A program made the translations under genes and the position numbers. From positions 188,721 to 252,720 of the forward strand of contig VXYK01000055.1 in assembly GCA_009845995.1 (NCBI GenBank): a DNA stretch of 64,000 bases. The letters are read 5' to 3'. This stretch comes from Acidimicrobiaceae bacterium. GTDB lineage: Bacteria; Actinomycetota; Acidimicrobiia; Acidimicrobiales; Aldehydirespiratoraceae. The notes under the pieces are model-generated. The model saw nothing but the letters and a program-made list of their open reading frames with translations. It was not told the DNA's origin and searched no databases. This document shows, piece by piece, positions 27,387 through 35,946 of this stretch (the first letter of the stretch is position 1; each line of letters starts with the position of its first letter).

Positions 27387-28190
27387 TTAGACAATGTCGA
27401 GTGTGGCGCAAAAGGCGGTGGCCGCGGCCTGGTCGCCGTCGACGGTACATGAGTGATACCAACGGGAGCGGTGGGTTCCCCACGACACGAAGTCGGAGGC
27501 AGCCGACGTGACCACGACGTCGCCGCCGCCCGTCTCGGTGACGACGAGGCCGCCTTCGGGGTCGGGCCGAGTGATGGTCCACGTGCTGGCGCCCGGACCG
27601 GTGAGATCAAGGGTGAGGGGCGCGAACAGCGCGTTGTCGAGTTCGGGACCCTGCATCTGTGGCAGGCCCCACATCATCCATTGGACGATCGGGTAGAGCT
27701 CGTCGTGGGTGGGTTCGGCCAGGTCCCGGTCGATTGGTCCGTCGGGTCCGCAGATGTCGTGGTATAGGTGGCAGTAGTAGTCGAAGGCCAAGGCGTTGGC
27801 GACCGCGTGCATCGGGTACGTCCCGAGCCCGGGGATCTCTATCTCGTTCGAAGCTAGCGGTTCTTTCTGGAAGGCGGGAATACGATCGAGCCGCTGGGCT
27901 GCGAAGGATCTGAACTCCTCGAGCACTTCGGCTGAGGTCCACGACCGGCGGAGGGCGACATGCATGTCGTGTTGGCGCTCGCGATTGTCTGGCGGCTGGA
28001 CGGCATCGTCGGGCAGCGGCAGCGGATCAATGAGTGCCCGCGCGCCGACGGCGAGGTGGGAGATGATGTCGCGCACCTGCCAGCCGGGTGATGCGGAGGG
28101 GGCGTTCCACTCCGGTTCGCGCAGCGACGAGGCGATTTCGATGATGCGACCCTGGAAGGTGGTGAGCGCGGCGACGGCTTCAACGGTCAT
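27387..28190 (-). CDS. DinB-like / mycothiol-dependent maleylpyruvate isomerase family protein
   Basis: ATG 28190, in frame in ORF 27387..28472. LREPEWNAPSASPGWQVRDIISHLA is typical of the DinB/TIGR03083-type N-terminal domain. Confidence 0.55.
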   Translation of the reverse strand: MTVEAVAALTTFQGRIIEIASSLREPEWNAPSASPGWQVRDIISHLAVGARALIDPLPLPDDAVQPPDNRERQHDMHVALRRSWTSAEVLEEFRSFAAQRLDRIPAFQKEPLASNEIEIPGLGTYPMHAVANALAFDYYCHLYHDICGPDGPIDRDLAEPTHDELYPIVQWMMWGLPQMQGPELDNALFAPLTLDLTGPGASTWTITRPDPEGGLVVTETGGGDVVVTSAASDFVSWGTHRSRWYHSCTVDGDQAAATAFCATLDIV

Positions 28191-28246
28191 ATGGTTAATT
28201 GTCTTACAACTAGACCTCGCTACGTCAACTCGTGTAATGCAGGTCC

Positions 28247-29836
28247 ATGAGCGACGTTCCTGTCTGCGTGATCGGTTGCGGCCCGATCGGCTTGGCCGCG
28301 TCGCTGCTGTTGTCACGCCATGGCGTGCCAGTGCTGCTCGTCGAGCGTCGCAGCGAGTTGAACACCCACCCCAGGTCGCGCTTTGTCGACGCCAACACAA
28401 TGGAGTTGATGCGCGAGTTCGGTGTCGAGAAGATGGTCGAGGACAGCGGTCTCGGGCCTGACTGGACCGCATACAACCGCTGGGCCGTCGATCTGGCCAC
28501 GACGCCGTATGCAGAGCTCGAGAGCCCGACGTTTCTGAGCGTCCCCGGGCCCGACAGTCCGTGTCTGCCGGTTATGACGGTGCAGGACGAGGTCGAGAAG
28601 GCAATGATGACCCGAGTCGTCGACGACCCCTCAATCTCCATGCATTTCGATACTGAGGTTGTCGAACTCACCCAGTCTGACGTCGAGACGACGCTGATCC
28701 TTCGCGACACCCGAACCGACCAGCGTCGAACCGTCACCTCGACCTACACCCTGGGTGCCGACGGGCCCGGAAGCTCCACTCGGGCGGTGATCGGCACGAC
28801 CCTCGAGGGCTCGCCACAGCCGATCCACATGCAGGATGTCATCTTCCATGCCGATCTGTCGCCCTATGTGGGTGATCGCAAGGGCGCCCTGCTGTACACA
28901 CAGCCCTCCGCTGGAGTCCTCATCTTTCAACCGCTCGACGGTGTGCGACGTTGGCGGTGCCAGGTGTCCACCGGACAACCGGACCTCATCTCCGAGAAGG
29001 CGATCCGGACTCGGATCCTGGCGTCGCTCGGTACAAGCGATGATGTTGAACTCGACATCGTCAGCATGCGCATGTGGCAGCCAACACCAGGCGCGACCAC
29101 AAGGTTCAGCCACGGGCGCATCTTCTTGGTCGGCGACGCCGCGCACGTGTCGGTGCCGACAGGAGGGCTCGGCAACAACGCCGGCTTCTCCGGGGCCCGC
29201 AACCTCGCGTGGAAGTTGGCCTACGTGCTGCGGGGACTCGTGCCCGCGTCGATCCTCGACACCTATGAAGAGGAGCACAAGCCGGTGGCGCTCGAACGTA
29301 TCGAGTACGGCGTCGCCACGACGACGGTGATGGGTCGGATGATGCTTGGCCACCGCGCCGGAATGGATGTCAGCGAACACATCGAAGGCACCAAGCGATA
29401 CGCGGACTACGACTACCTGCTGCGGGGCTACGAGCTGTCGTCGGAACTGATCGCACCGAACCTCGAACCCGCTCCCGAATTCGTTGACCCGGCCCGCGAC
29501 TTCCGGCCACTCGTTCGCAACGGCTGGCGTGCACCCCATGTCTGGGTTGACGACGCCGAGACCGAATCGGTTCTCGACTGGTACGGCAATGACTACGTGC
29601 TGCTCGTCGGACCCGAATGCGACGCCGAGTCTTGGCAGGTCGCAATGGCGGAGCTCCCCGGTGGCGTTCCGATCGAGGTGCGCCGGCTGCCCGCCGAACG
29701 GCCCGTTGCCCCATATGAAAAAGACGGGGTCGTGCTTGTCAGGCCCGACGCCGTCATTGCCCAGCACCTGAGCCATGCCGGCGGAACGACGGATCTGTCG
29801 GCGGTCACGCCGTACCTGCCGACCATGGCCCACTGA
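28247..29836 (+). CDS. FAD-dependent aromatic-ring monooxygenase (PheA/TfdB-like)
   Basis: VCVIGCGPIGLAASLLLSRHGVPVLLVERR (GxGxxG) and RIFLVGDAAH. Confidence 0.8.
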   Translation: MSDVPVCVIGCGPIGLAASLLLSRHGVPVLLVERRSELNTHPRSRFVDANTMELMREFGVEKMVEDSGLGPDWTAYNRWAVDLATTPYAELESPTFLSVPGPDSPCLPVMTVQDEVEKAMMTRVVDDPSISMHFDTEVVELTQSDVETTLILRDTRTDQRRTVTSTYTLGADGPGSSTRAVIGTTLEGSPQPIHMQDVIFHADLSPYVGDRKGALLYTQPSAGVLIFQPLDGVRRWRCQVSTGQPDLISEKAIRTRILASLGTSDDVELDIVSMRMWQPTPGATTRFSHGRIFLVGDAAHVSVPTGGLGNNAGFSGARNLAWKLAYVLRGLVPASILDTYEEEHKPVALERIEYGVATTTVMGRMMLGHRAGMDVSEHIEGTKRYADYDYLLRGYELSSELIAPNLEPAPEFVDPARDFRPLVRNGWRAPHVWVDDAETESVLDWYGNDYVLLVGPECDAESWQVAMAELPGGVPIEVRRLPAERPVAPYEKDGVVLVRPDAVIAQHLSHAGGTTDLSAVTPYLPTMAH

Positions 29837-29910
29837 CAATGGCCGAGCGCTCCGAGGGGACACGAAAGGGGATCGACAGAAGCGAATTCTCGGCGGTAGC
29901 CGGTGTCGGT

Positions 29911-31497
29911 TCAAATATCTCGGCTGGTCGCGGCCCAATAGGGCGCGCGCAGCCTCTTCTTGTCGATCTTGCCGACAGCGGTCTTCGGGAGTTCACTCAC
30001 AAAATCGACCGACTTCGGTGCCATAACCGAGCCGATGGCATCCTTGCAGCGGTCGATGATGTCGTCTTCGGTCAGCATGACGCTGTCGGCGCGTCGCACG
30101 ATTGCTTTCACAGACTCTCCCCACCGTTCGCTCGGAACACCGATGACCGCCGCCTCAGCCACGCCATCAATGGCGTGGAGTGCGGCCTCGACATCAGTTG
30201 AGTGCACGTTGAAACCACCGGAGATGATCATGTCCTTCTTGCGATCCACGATGTACAGCCGTCCAGTGTCATCGAGGACGCCGATGTCACCGGTCAGATG
30301 CCAGCCGTTCTGTCGGATCGCCGCCGTCGCCTCTGGATCCTGGTAGTAGCCCTCCGAAACCATGGGCCCCTGCACAGCGATCTCACCGCGAGTGTGCGGC
30401 GGGAGGGGGTTGGCGTCGTCATCTACGATTGCAAGAGTCGACAGAATCGTCTCGCGGCCTACCGAGCGGAGCGTGTCGTCGTCGACGAGTTCGCCGGTGG
30501 TGTCGCCGTCGACGAAGTGCTCCGCAGGCTCGTGGCGGGTTATGTACATCGGACACTCTGTCTGGCCGAACCCGCCTCGCATCACGGGCCCGAAAGTTGC
30601 GAACGCTTGCCGTAGACGGGGGATCGACATCGGAGCGGATCCGTAGCCGAACGAACGAAGCGAACTGAAATCAGTCGTCGGCGTGCGCTGGTGGTCCAGC
30701 AGCGAGTAGATCGCGCTCGGAGGAAGGAACAGATCGGTGATCCGATGCTGTTCGATCGCATCAAGGATCCTGTCGAGGTCGACTGTCTCCAGGATCACCG
30801 AGGTGTTGCCGGTCACGAGCTGGACCAGCGCGGCACGGCCGACCACGTGGGTCATCGGCGCGGCGACGAGCGTCACGCGAGGCGAGCCGTCCGATTGTGC
30901 TTGTGTCGCCCACGCCATAGCTGAGAAGTTCCGGTGGCTCAGCATGACGCCCTTCGGTACGCCCGTCGTGCCACCGGTTTGGGGAAGGCAGAGCGTGTCG
31001 GAGCCCTGACGTTCGATCGTTGGTGCGACGTCAGCCGCGCCCACGAGCCACTCGTCGTTCGGGACGCCGGGCCCGTTTGCATCGTCGCCCGGGAGCCTGA
31101 CGAAGATGCCACCGAGGCGCTCAAACATCTCCGCCGCGGTTGCGGTGTACTCGGGCTCATAGAGCAGCGCGTCGCAGTCGAACCGGCTGAGGATCTCCAG
31201 GTTGACCGGGGGACTGTTGCTCGGGTTCAGCGGTACCCAGACCCCGCCGGCCCGAACAATTCCGAGCGCCGAGACGAAAGCCTCGCCACTGTTTCGGCTG
31301 TAGACCGCGCCGTGCTGCCCGGGCTCGAAGCCGTCGCGGGTCAGCGCGTTTGCAACACGAGCGGATGCAGCGTCAATATCGGCATAGGTCCGATGATCGT
31401 CGCCGAAGATGGTGCACGTTCGGTCGGCATGCCGGGCGAACGCTTCGTCCAAGCTTGGGAGGAATGACCGGTCCAGGTCAGGCAGGTCGGGATCCAT
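29911..31497 (-). CDS. AMP-dependent acyl-CoA synthetase/ligase
   Basis: QTGGTTGVPKGVMLSHRN AMP-binding motif. 528 aa. Confidence 0.85.
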   Translation of the reverse strand: MDPDLPDLDRSFLPSLDEAFARHADRTCTIFGDDHRTYADIDAASARVANALTRDGFEPGQHGAVYSRNSGEAFVSALGIVRAGGVWVPLNPSNSPPVNLEILSRFDCDALLYEPEYTATAAEMFERLGGIFVRLPGDDANGPGVPNDEWLVGAADVAPTIERQGSDTLCLPQTGGTTGVPKGVMLSHRNFSAMAWATQAQSDGSPRVTLVAAPMTHVVGRAALVQLVTGNTSVILETVDLDRILDAIEQHRITDLFLPPSAIYSLLDHQRTPTTDFSSLRSFGYGSAPMSIPRLRQAFATFGPVMRGGFGQTECPMYITRHEPAEHFVDGDTTGELVDDDTLRSVGRETILSTLAIVDDDANPLPPHTRGEIAVQGPMVSEGYYQDPEATAAIRQNGWHLTGDIGVLDDTGRLYIVDRKKDMIISGGFNVHSTDVEAALHAIDGVAEAAVIGVPSERWGESVKAIVRRADSVMLTEDDIIDRCKDAIGSVMAPKSVDFVSELPKTAVGKIDKKRLRAPYWAATSRDI

Positions 31498-31623
31498 CGA
31501 CTGTCATCGTTCCAAAGAAGTCGTCACAAAACCAAACAGTTGCTTTCACTGCGATGAATCCGAGTGTGGCGCCCTAGGCAGGCCGGTAGGCTCGTTTCTC
31601 GCATCCATACCGTGGATGGCCAC

Positions 31624-31708
31624 GTCGGAGTGGCGGAATTGGCAGACGCGCTAGCTTGAGGGGCTAGTGCCCGTTATGGGCGTGGGGGTTCAAGTCCCCC
31701 CTCCGACA
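31624..31708 (+). tRNA. tRNA-Leu (anticodon GAG)
   Basis: Manual cloverleaf. Acceptor GTCGGAG/CTCCGAC. Anticodon stem CTAGC/GCTAG with loop TTGAGGG. Long variable arm GCCC-GTTA-GGGC. T-arm GGGGG-TTCAAGT-CCCCC. Discriminator A. CCA is not encoded. Confidence 0.85.
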
Positions 31709-31732
31709 CGAAAAAACGACAGCGGTCGTTCG

Positions 31733-31760
31733 TTGAAACAGTGGTGTATGTATGTATAAT
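31733..31760 (+). promoter_or_regulatory. near-consensus sigma-70/SigA-type promoter for the toxin-antitoxin pair
   Basis: TTGAAA (31733-38), 16-nt spacer, TATAAT (31755-60). ATG 31767 starts 7 nt after the -10 box, which suggests a leaderless mRNA. Confidence 0.45.
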
Positions 31761-31766
31761 ACGTAC

Positions 31767-32000
31767 ATGCCGAACAAGACAATCAGTCTCCCCGAAGATG
31801 TTGCGCCGATCATCGAACGCTTGGACAAGCCGTTCTCCCAATGGGTTGCTGATCAACTTCGCCGATACCAGGCCGAATCTGTCGAGAGCTTCCAGAAGCA
31901 ACTTGAACTGGACGCGTCGCTCGCAAGTACCGAGGAGAAATTGACGAGCCGCGACGCTGTCGCAATCGGTCGACGGATGGAACGGTCTGCACCATGGTGA
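31767..32000 (+). CDS. putative antitoxin of a MazEF/PemIK-like type II TA pair
   Basis: Small acidic ORF (MPNKTISLPEDVAPIIERL...) overlapping the toxin start by 7 nt. The ORF-track start 31752 lies inside the -10 box. Low G+C. Confidence 0.55.
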   Translation: MPNKTISLPEDVAPIIERLDKPFSQWVADQLRRYQAESVESFQKQLELDASLASTEEKLTSRDAVAIGRRMERSAPW

Positions 32001-32311
32001 ATCGAGGATCGATTCACTGGATCAATCTCGACAAGCGTCGGCCATGCGTCGTCATATCTTCGCAGGACGTGTTGCGCGCCGATATCTGGCAAACGCATGT
32101 AGTTCCACTCACTTCGAATATGAAGCGAGCGGGAATAGCCGGAAACGTGATGCTTCGTTCAAGCAACACCGGACTCGATTCAGATTCAGTTGCTGTGCCA
32201 CTCGGCTTGGAACTTGTTGATCGATCCTGGCTGGGTGAACCTGTTGGACAACTCCCGGACCCCCTGTTGGCAGAGATCCAGAGCGGGCTTCGAAAGATCC
32301 TTGATCTGTGA
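31994..32311 (+). CDS. PemK/MazF family toxin (mRNA interferase)
   Basis: RGSIHWINLDKRRPCVVISSQDVL...HVVPLTSN...DSVAVPLGLELVDRSWL follows the MazF/PemK pattern (G.I..v.l...RP.vV.S..., v.PlTs, ds.v....i..vd...l). Confidence 0.75.
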   Translation: MVNRGSIHWINLDKRRPCVVISSQDVLRADIWQTHVVPLTSNMKRAGIAGNVMLRSSNTGLDSDSVAVPLGLELVDRSWLGEPVGQLPDPLLAEIQSGLRKILDL

Positions 32312-32333
32312 CGACAGTCGCTATCGAGTCTGC

Positions 32334-33545
32334 TCAGCGCATGTTCATGAGCAGTGCCCGATTGGCGCCGTCGGGAAGTTCAAGGAGCGGCTCTTGTAGT
32401 TCCGCGACGGTCGGGCCGTGCTCTGCGACCAAGGGTGCGAGGGCGTCGATGTCGAAGCTGTAGAGGTCGGCAGCGTTGAGGCCGAGGAGTCGGCGCTTCT
32501 CGTCGACCGGTACATCGACCATGACCTGACGGAGGTGCTCGCGGCTGAACGGTCCGGTGCCCTCATCGTGCGGATAGTCGCTGCCCCACATGAACCTGCC
32601 CTCGCTGAGGAGGTCGCGTTTTTCGATGTCGCGTTTGGAGGGGAACGACGCGCCGAGCCACACGTTCTGCTTGAAGTATTCGCTGGCCAACTGCGGTAGA
32701 CCGGCACCCTTCTCGTACTTGAGCTCGCCGATCGAACCGTGGCGCATGCTCAAGATGATGCCGTCGAGTTGGCGGTTCAGAGACTCGAACTGGCCTGAAC
32801 CGGCCTCGGTGATGACGAACTTCATGGCCGGGAACCTCTCGAACGCGCCTGCCAACAGCAAATGCACGTAGTTGCGCATCCCGTAGAACGGCACTTCGGC
32901 GATCATGATTGCCTGGGTGGCCGGGTACTTCCCGTAGTTCGGCGAGCCCGTGCCACCGTGGAGGTGCACGGGCATGTCCAGATCGACCAGAGCCGACCAC
33001 AAGGGGTCATAGACCGGGTCGTAGAGCGGTTTGACCCACTTCACATCGGGCGCCACGGTCGGGATCAGCACTCCGCCGCGCAGGCCGTTCTCCCTGCACC
33101 AGGTGGCGTCGGCGATGGCGTCGTCGACATCGTTGAGAAAGATCTGGCCGATGCCGGCGCGCCGGTGGGGACGATTGGCGCAGAAATCGACCATCCAGCG
33201 GTTGTGGGCGTGGATACCGGCTCTGCGCCTCTGGTATTCGTCGCCGTCTTTGGGCGGACCGGCGAAGAGCACGAATCCGGGGTAGAAGGGCGGGACAGTG
33301 TTAGGAAAGAGGATCTCGCCGACCACACCGTCTTTAAGCTGATCGCTGTCGCGGCGGTCGTCGTCCCAGCTGCGAATGCGGAGGTCGGTGTCGCGCAGGT
33401 CCTTCCAGGGGTTCTTGTACTCGCCGCGCCAGGCGTCGAATTCGTCATGCCAGGCGGGGTCGAGATACTCGCGGTACTGTTCGTGGCTGCCACCTGCGTG
33501 GGAGTCCGCGGTGATGATCGTGTAGTTGGGTTCGGTGGTGTTCAT
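32334..33545 (-). CDS. amidohydrolase_2 family protein (paralog of 550..1833)
   Basis: IITADSHAGG, LFPNTVPPFYP and MWGSDYPHDEGTG are collinear with the 550..1833 product. Confidence 0.75.
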   Translation of the reverse strand: MNTTEPNYTIITADSHAGGSHEQYREYLDPAWHDEFDAWRGEYKNPWKDLRDTDLRIRSWDDDRRDSDQLKDGVVGEILFPNTVPPFYPGFVLFAGPPKDGDEYQRRRAGIHAHNRWMVDFCANRPHRRAGIGQIFLNDVDDAIADATWCRENGLRGGVLIPTVAPDVKWVKPLYDPVYDPLWSALVDLDMPVHLHGGTGSPNYGKYPATQAIMIAEVPFYGMRNYVHLLLAGAFERFPAMKFVITEAGSGQFESLNRQLDGIILSMRHGSIGELKYEKGAGLPQLASEYFKQNVWLGASFPSKRDIEKRDLLSEGRFMWGSDYPHDEGTGPFSREHLRQVMVDVPVDEKRRLLGLNAADLYSFDIDALAPLVAEHGPTVAELQEPLLELPDGANRALLMNMR

Positions 33546-33590
33546 TATCTTGTCTTTCGGTTACGTCGATTATCCTAAAGCGAGATTCCT

Positions 33591-34001
33591 ATGGGTGGCG
33601 AAATGACCGATCTGCAGCGGGTTGTTGCGGAACTTGAGATCCGCAACCTCCTCGCGCGGTACTGCCACCACTACGACCAGGGACGAGCGGACGACTATTG
33701 CGACCTCTTCGTCGAGGACGGCGAGTTTCACGTGCCGGGAATCACCGCTGAGGGCCGCGATCAGATCCGCGAGAAGATTGCGGCCGGTATTGTCGGCGCG
33801 TCCCCGGCCCAGCACGTGACCTACAACACTGTCATCGAAATCGTCTCAGCCGACTCAGCCAAAGGTTGGAGCGACTTCATGTACGTGGAAGCAGGCTCAA
33901 ACGAGGCGATTCATGTCGTTGGGCGGTATCTCGACGACTTCGTCCTCCGAGACGGCCGCTGGATGTTCCAACGACGCCTCGTCGAGTTTGTCGGTACATG
34001 A
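33591..34001 (+). CDS. SnoaL-like / NTF2-fold protein
   Basis: LEIRNLLARYCHHYDQGRADDYCDLFVEDGEF... and C-terminal DGRWMFQRR are typical of SnoaL_4/NTF2-like proteins. Alternative start at 33603. Confidence 0.65.
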   Translation: MGGEMTDLQRVVAELEIRNLLARYCHHYDQGRADDYCDLFVEDGEFHVPGITAEGRDQIREKIAAGIVGASPAQHVTYNTVIEIVSADSAKGWSDFMYVEAGSNEAIHVVGRYLDDFVLRDGRWMFQRRLVEFVGT

Positions 34002-34148
34002 GCCCTGAATCTCACTGAAGCTGATCGGTATGGCGCGGGTTGGAACTTCGGCGTCAATTTCGACAATCCCGCGGCGGTCCGATAATGATGTCTGGCAACG
34101 ACAGTCGCCTTGGTCACGGCTGCGAGTCTGAGCATTCGGGGGGTTCAC

Positions 34149-35873
34149 ATGCTGGACGTTGTAATTCGAGGTGGGACCATCGTCGATGGCTCCGGGGGTC
34201 CGAGCCGACTGGCAGACCTCGGCATCCGTGACGGACGGATCGTCAAGATCGGATCAGTCGACGAAGATGCACGAGCGACGATCGACGCGACCGGCCAGAT
34301 CGTGTCGCCCGGTTTCGTGGACATTCACACCCACTACGACGCGCAGGCCTTCTGGGACGGAACGTTGTCGCCATCGCCCTACCACGGCGTGACGAGCGTG
34401 GTAGGCGGAAACCGCGGCTTTTCGATCGCGCCGCTCAGCCCCGAGGCGGGCCCTTATCTGATGAAGATGCTCTCACGTGTGGAGGGCATGCCGCTCGAAT
34501 GCCTCGAGGCGGGGGTGCCCTGGAACTGGCAGTCCTTCGGGGAGTACCTCGATCAGCTTGAGGGCACGCTTGCGGTGAACGCCGGTTTCATGGTCGGCCA
34601 CTCGGCGGTCCGGCGTTCGGTGATGGGGGAGCGGGCAGTCGGCCACGAGGCGACCGCCGAGGAGCTGGCGCAGATGGTGGAACTGCTCCGGGCTTCGCTG
34701 GCCGAGGGTGGTTTCGGTTTCTCGTCCACGATCTCGTCGACACACAACGACTTCGACGGCAATCCGGTTCCTTCACGCCACGCCACCAAGGAGGAAATGC
34801 TGACCCTGGCGCGCCAGGTGCGCGACTTCGAAGGGACGACTGTCGAGTTCCTGCCGGGTGTCGGCTGGGGAGAGGCGGAGGCGAACTACATGGCCGAGTT
34901 GTCACTGGCGGCTAACCGGCCGGTGAATTGGAACGTCATGGCAGCGAACGCCCAGAACTCCGCGAGCACCGAACGCCAACTCGCAGCGACCGACATCGCC
35001 CGCGCACGCGGGGCCGAGGTGATCGCGCTGACTGTTCCGCAGCCCATGAGGATCCGGATCAATCTCGACTCGGGTTTCGTGTTCGACGCGTTCCACAACT
35101 GGGCACCATTCTTCAGGCTCTCTAAATCAGAGAAGCTGGCCTTCCTGAGCGATCCCGCGAAACGCAAGCAGTTCGAGCAGGACGCCCAGGATCCGAGGTC
35201 GCCGATGCACAGGATGGCGAACTGGGCGAACTTCACGATCGATCAGGTCCAAGACGATTCGCTCGCAACATACCGTGGTCGTCGCGTCGGAGAAATCGCC
35301 GAGTCCGAAGGCAAAGAGCCGTTCGACGCGATGATCGACATTGCCGTGGCCGACGATCTCCAGACCTATTTCATGCCCCCGACGATGGGCACAGACGACG
35401 AGACCTGGCGGTTGCGAGGCGAACTCTGGCACGACGATCGCACGGTCATCGGCGCTTCGGACGCTGGAGCCCACCTCGACATGATCGACACCTTCGCCTT
35501 CTCGACTGTGGTGTTCGGCGAGGGAGTCCGCGAACGGGAACTGATCACGATGTCAGAAGCGGTCCGTCAGATGACCGACGTGCCTGCGAAGCTCTACGGA
35601 CTACGCGATCGGGGCCGATTGGAGGAAGGCTTCTTCGCCGATGTCGTGGTCTTCGATGCTGAGACCGTGGGACTCGGTGAGACGTACACGAAATACGACC
35701 TGCCCACTGGCGCAGGCCGGCTCTATGCCGATGCCACCGGGATCGAGCACGTATTCGCGAACGGCGTCGAGATCGTTCGTGCCGGAGAGGACACGGGAGC
35801 GCGTCCCGGAGTCGTGTTACGCAGCGGCCGCGACACTGAAACGGTCGAAGTGCCCGGCGGACGCGACGCCTAA
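34149..35873 (+). CDS. N-acyl-D-amino-acid deacylase (D-aminoacylase) family amidohydrolase
   Basis: MLDVVIRGGTIVDGSG...SPGFVDIHTHYD N-terminus. ATG 34149 is in frame in ORF 34110..35873 and follows a GGGGGG ribosome-binding site. Confidence 0.75.
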   Translation: MLDVVIRGGTIVDGSGGPSRLADLGIRDGRIVKIGSVDEDARATIDATGQIVSPGFVDIHTHYDAQAFWDGTLSPSPYHGVTSVVGGNRGFSIAPLSPEAGPYLMKMLSRVEGMPLECLEAGVPWNWQSFGEYLDQLEGTLAVNAGFMVGHSAVRRSVMGERAVGHEATAEELAQMVELLRASLAEGGFGFSSTISSTHNDFDGNPVPSRHATKEEMLTLARQVRDFEGTTVEFLPGVGWGEAEANYMAELSLAANRPVNWNVMAANAQNSASTERQLAATDIARARGAEVIALTVPQPMRIRINLDSGFVFDAFHNWAPFFRLSKSEKLAFLSDPAKRKQFEQDAQDPRSPMHRMANWANFTIDQVQDDSLATYRGRRVGEIAESEGKEPFDAMIDIAVADDLQTYFMPPTMGTDDETWRLRGELWHDDRTVIGASDAGAHLDMIDTFAFSTVVFGEGVRERELITMSEAVRQMTDVPAKLYGLRDRGRLEEGFFADVVVFDAETVGLGETYTKYDLPTGAGRLYADATGIEHVFANGVEIVRAGEDTGARPGVVLRSGRDTETVEVPGGRDA

Positions 35874-35946
35874 CCGCAAGCGGCTAGCCACCATTTGCCA
35901 GGATTAGTGGCAATATATTAACGACACAGGACCTAGGAAGTGGAAA

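Noticed and set aside
31700-32340. Possibility that the TA islet is a bounded integrative element with att repeats.
   Set aside because: I find no integrase or recombinase gene, and no direct repeat of the tRNA-Leu 3' end downstream of the toxin gene. Only the compositional anomaly and tRNA adjacency remain.
34081-34089. GATAATGAT, a Fur-box-like half site upstream of the D-aminoacylase-like gene.
   Set aside because: It is a single 9-mer with no dyad partner, so it is indistinguishable from chance.
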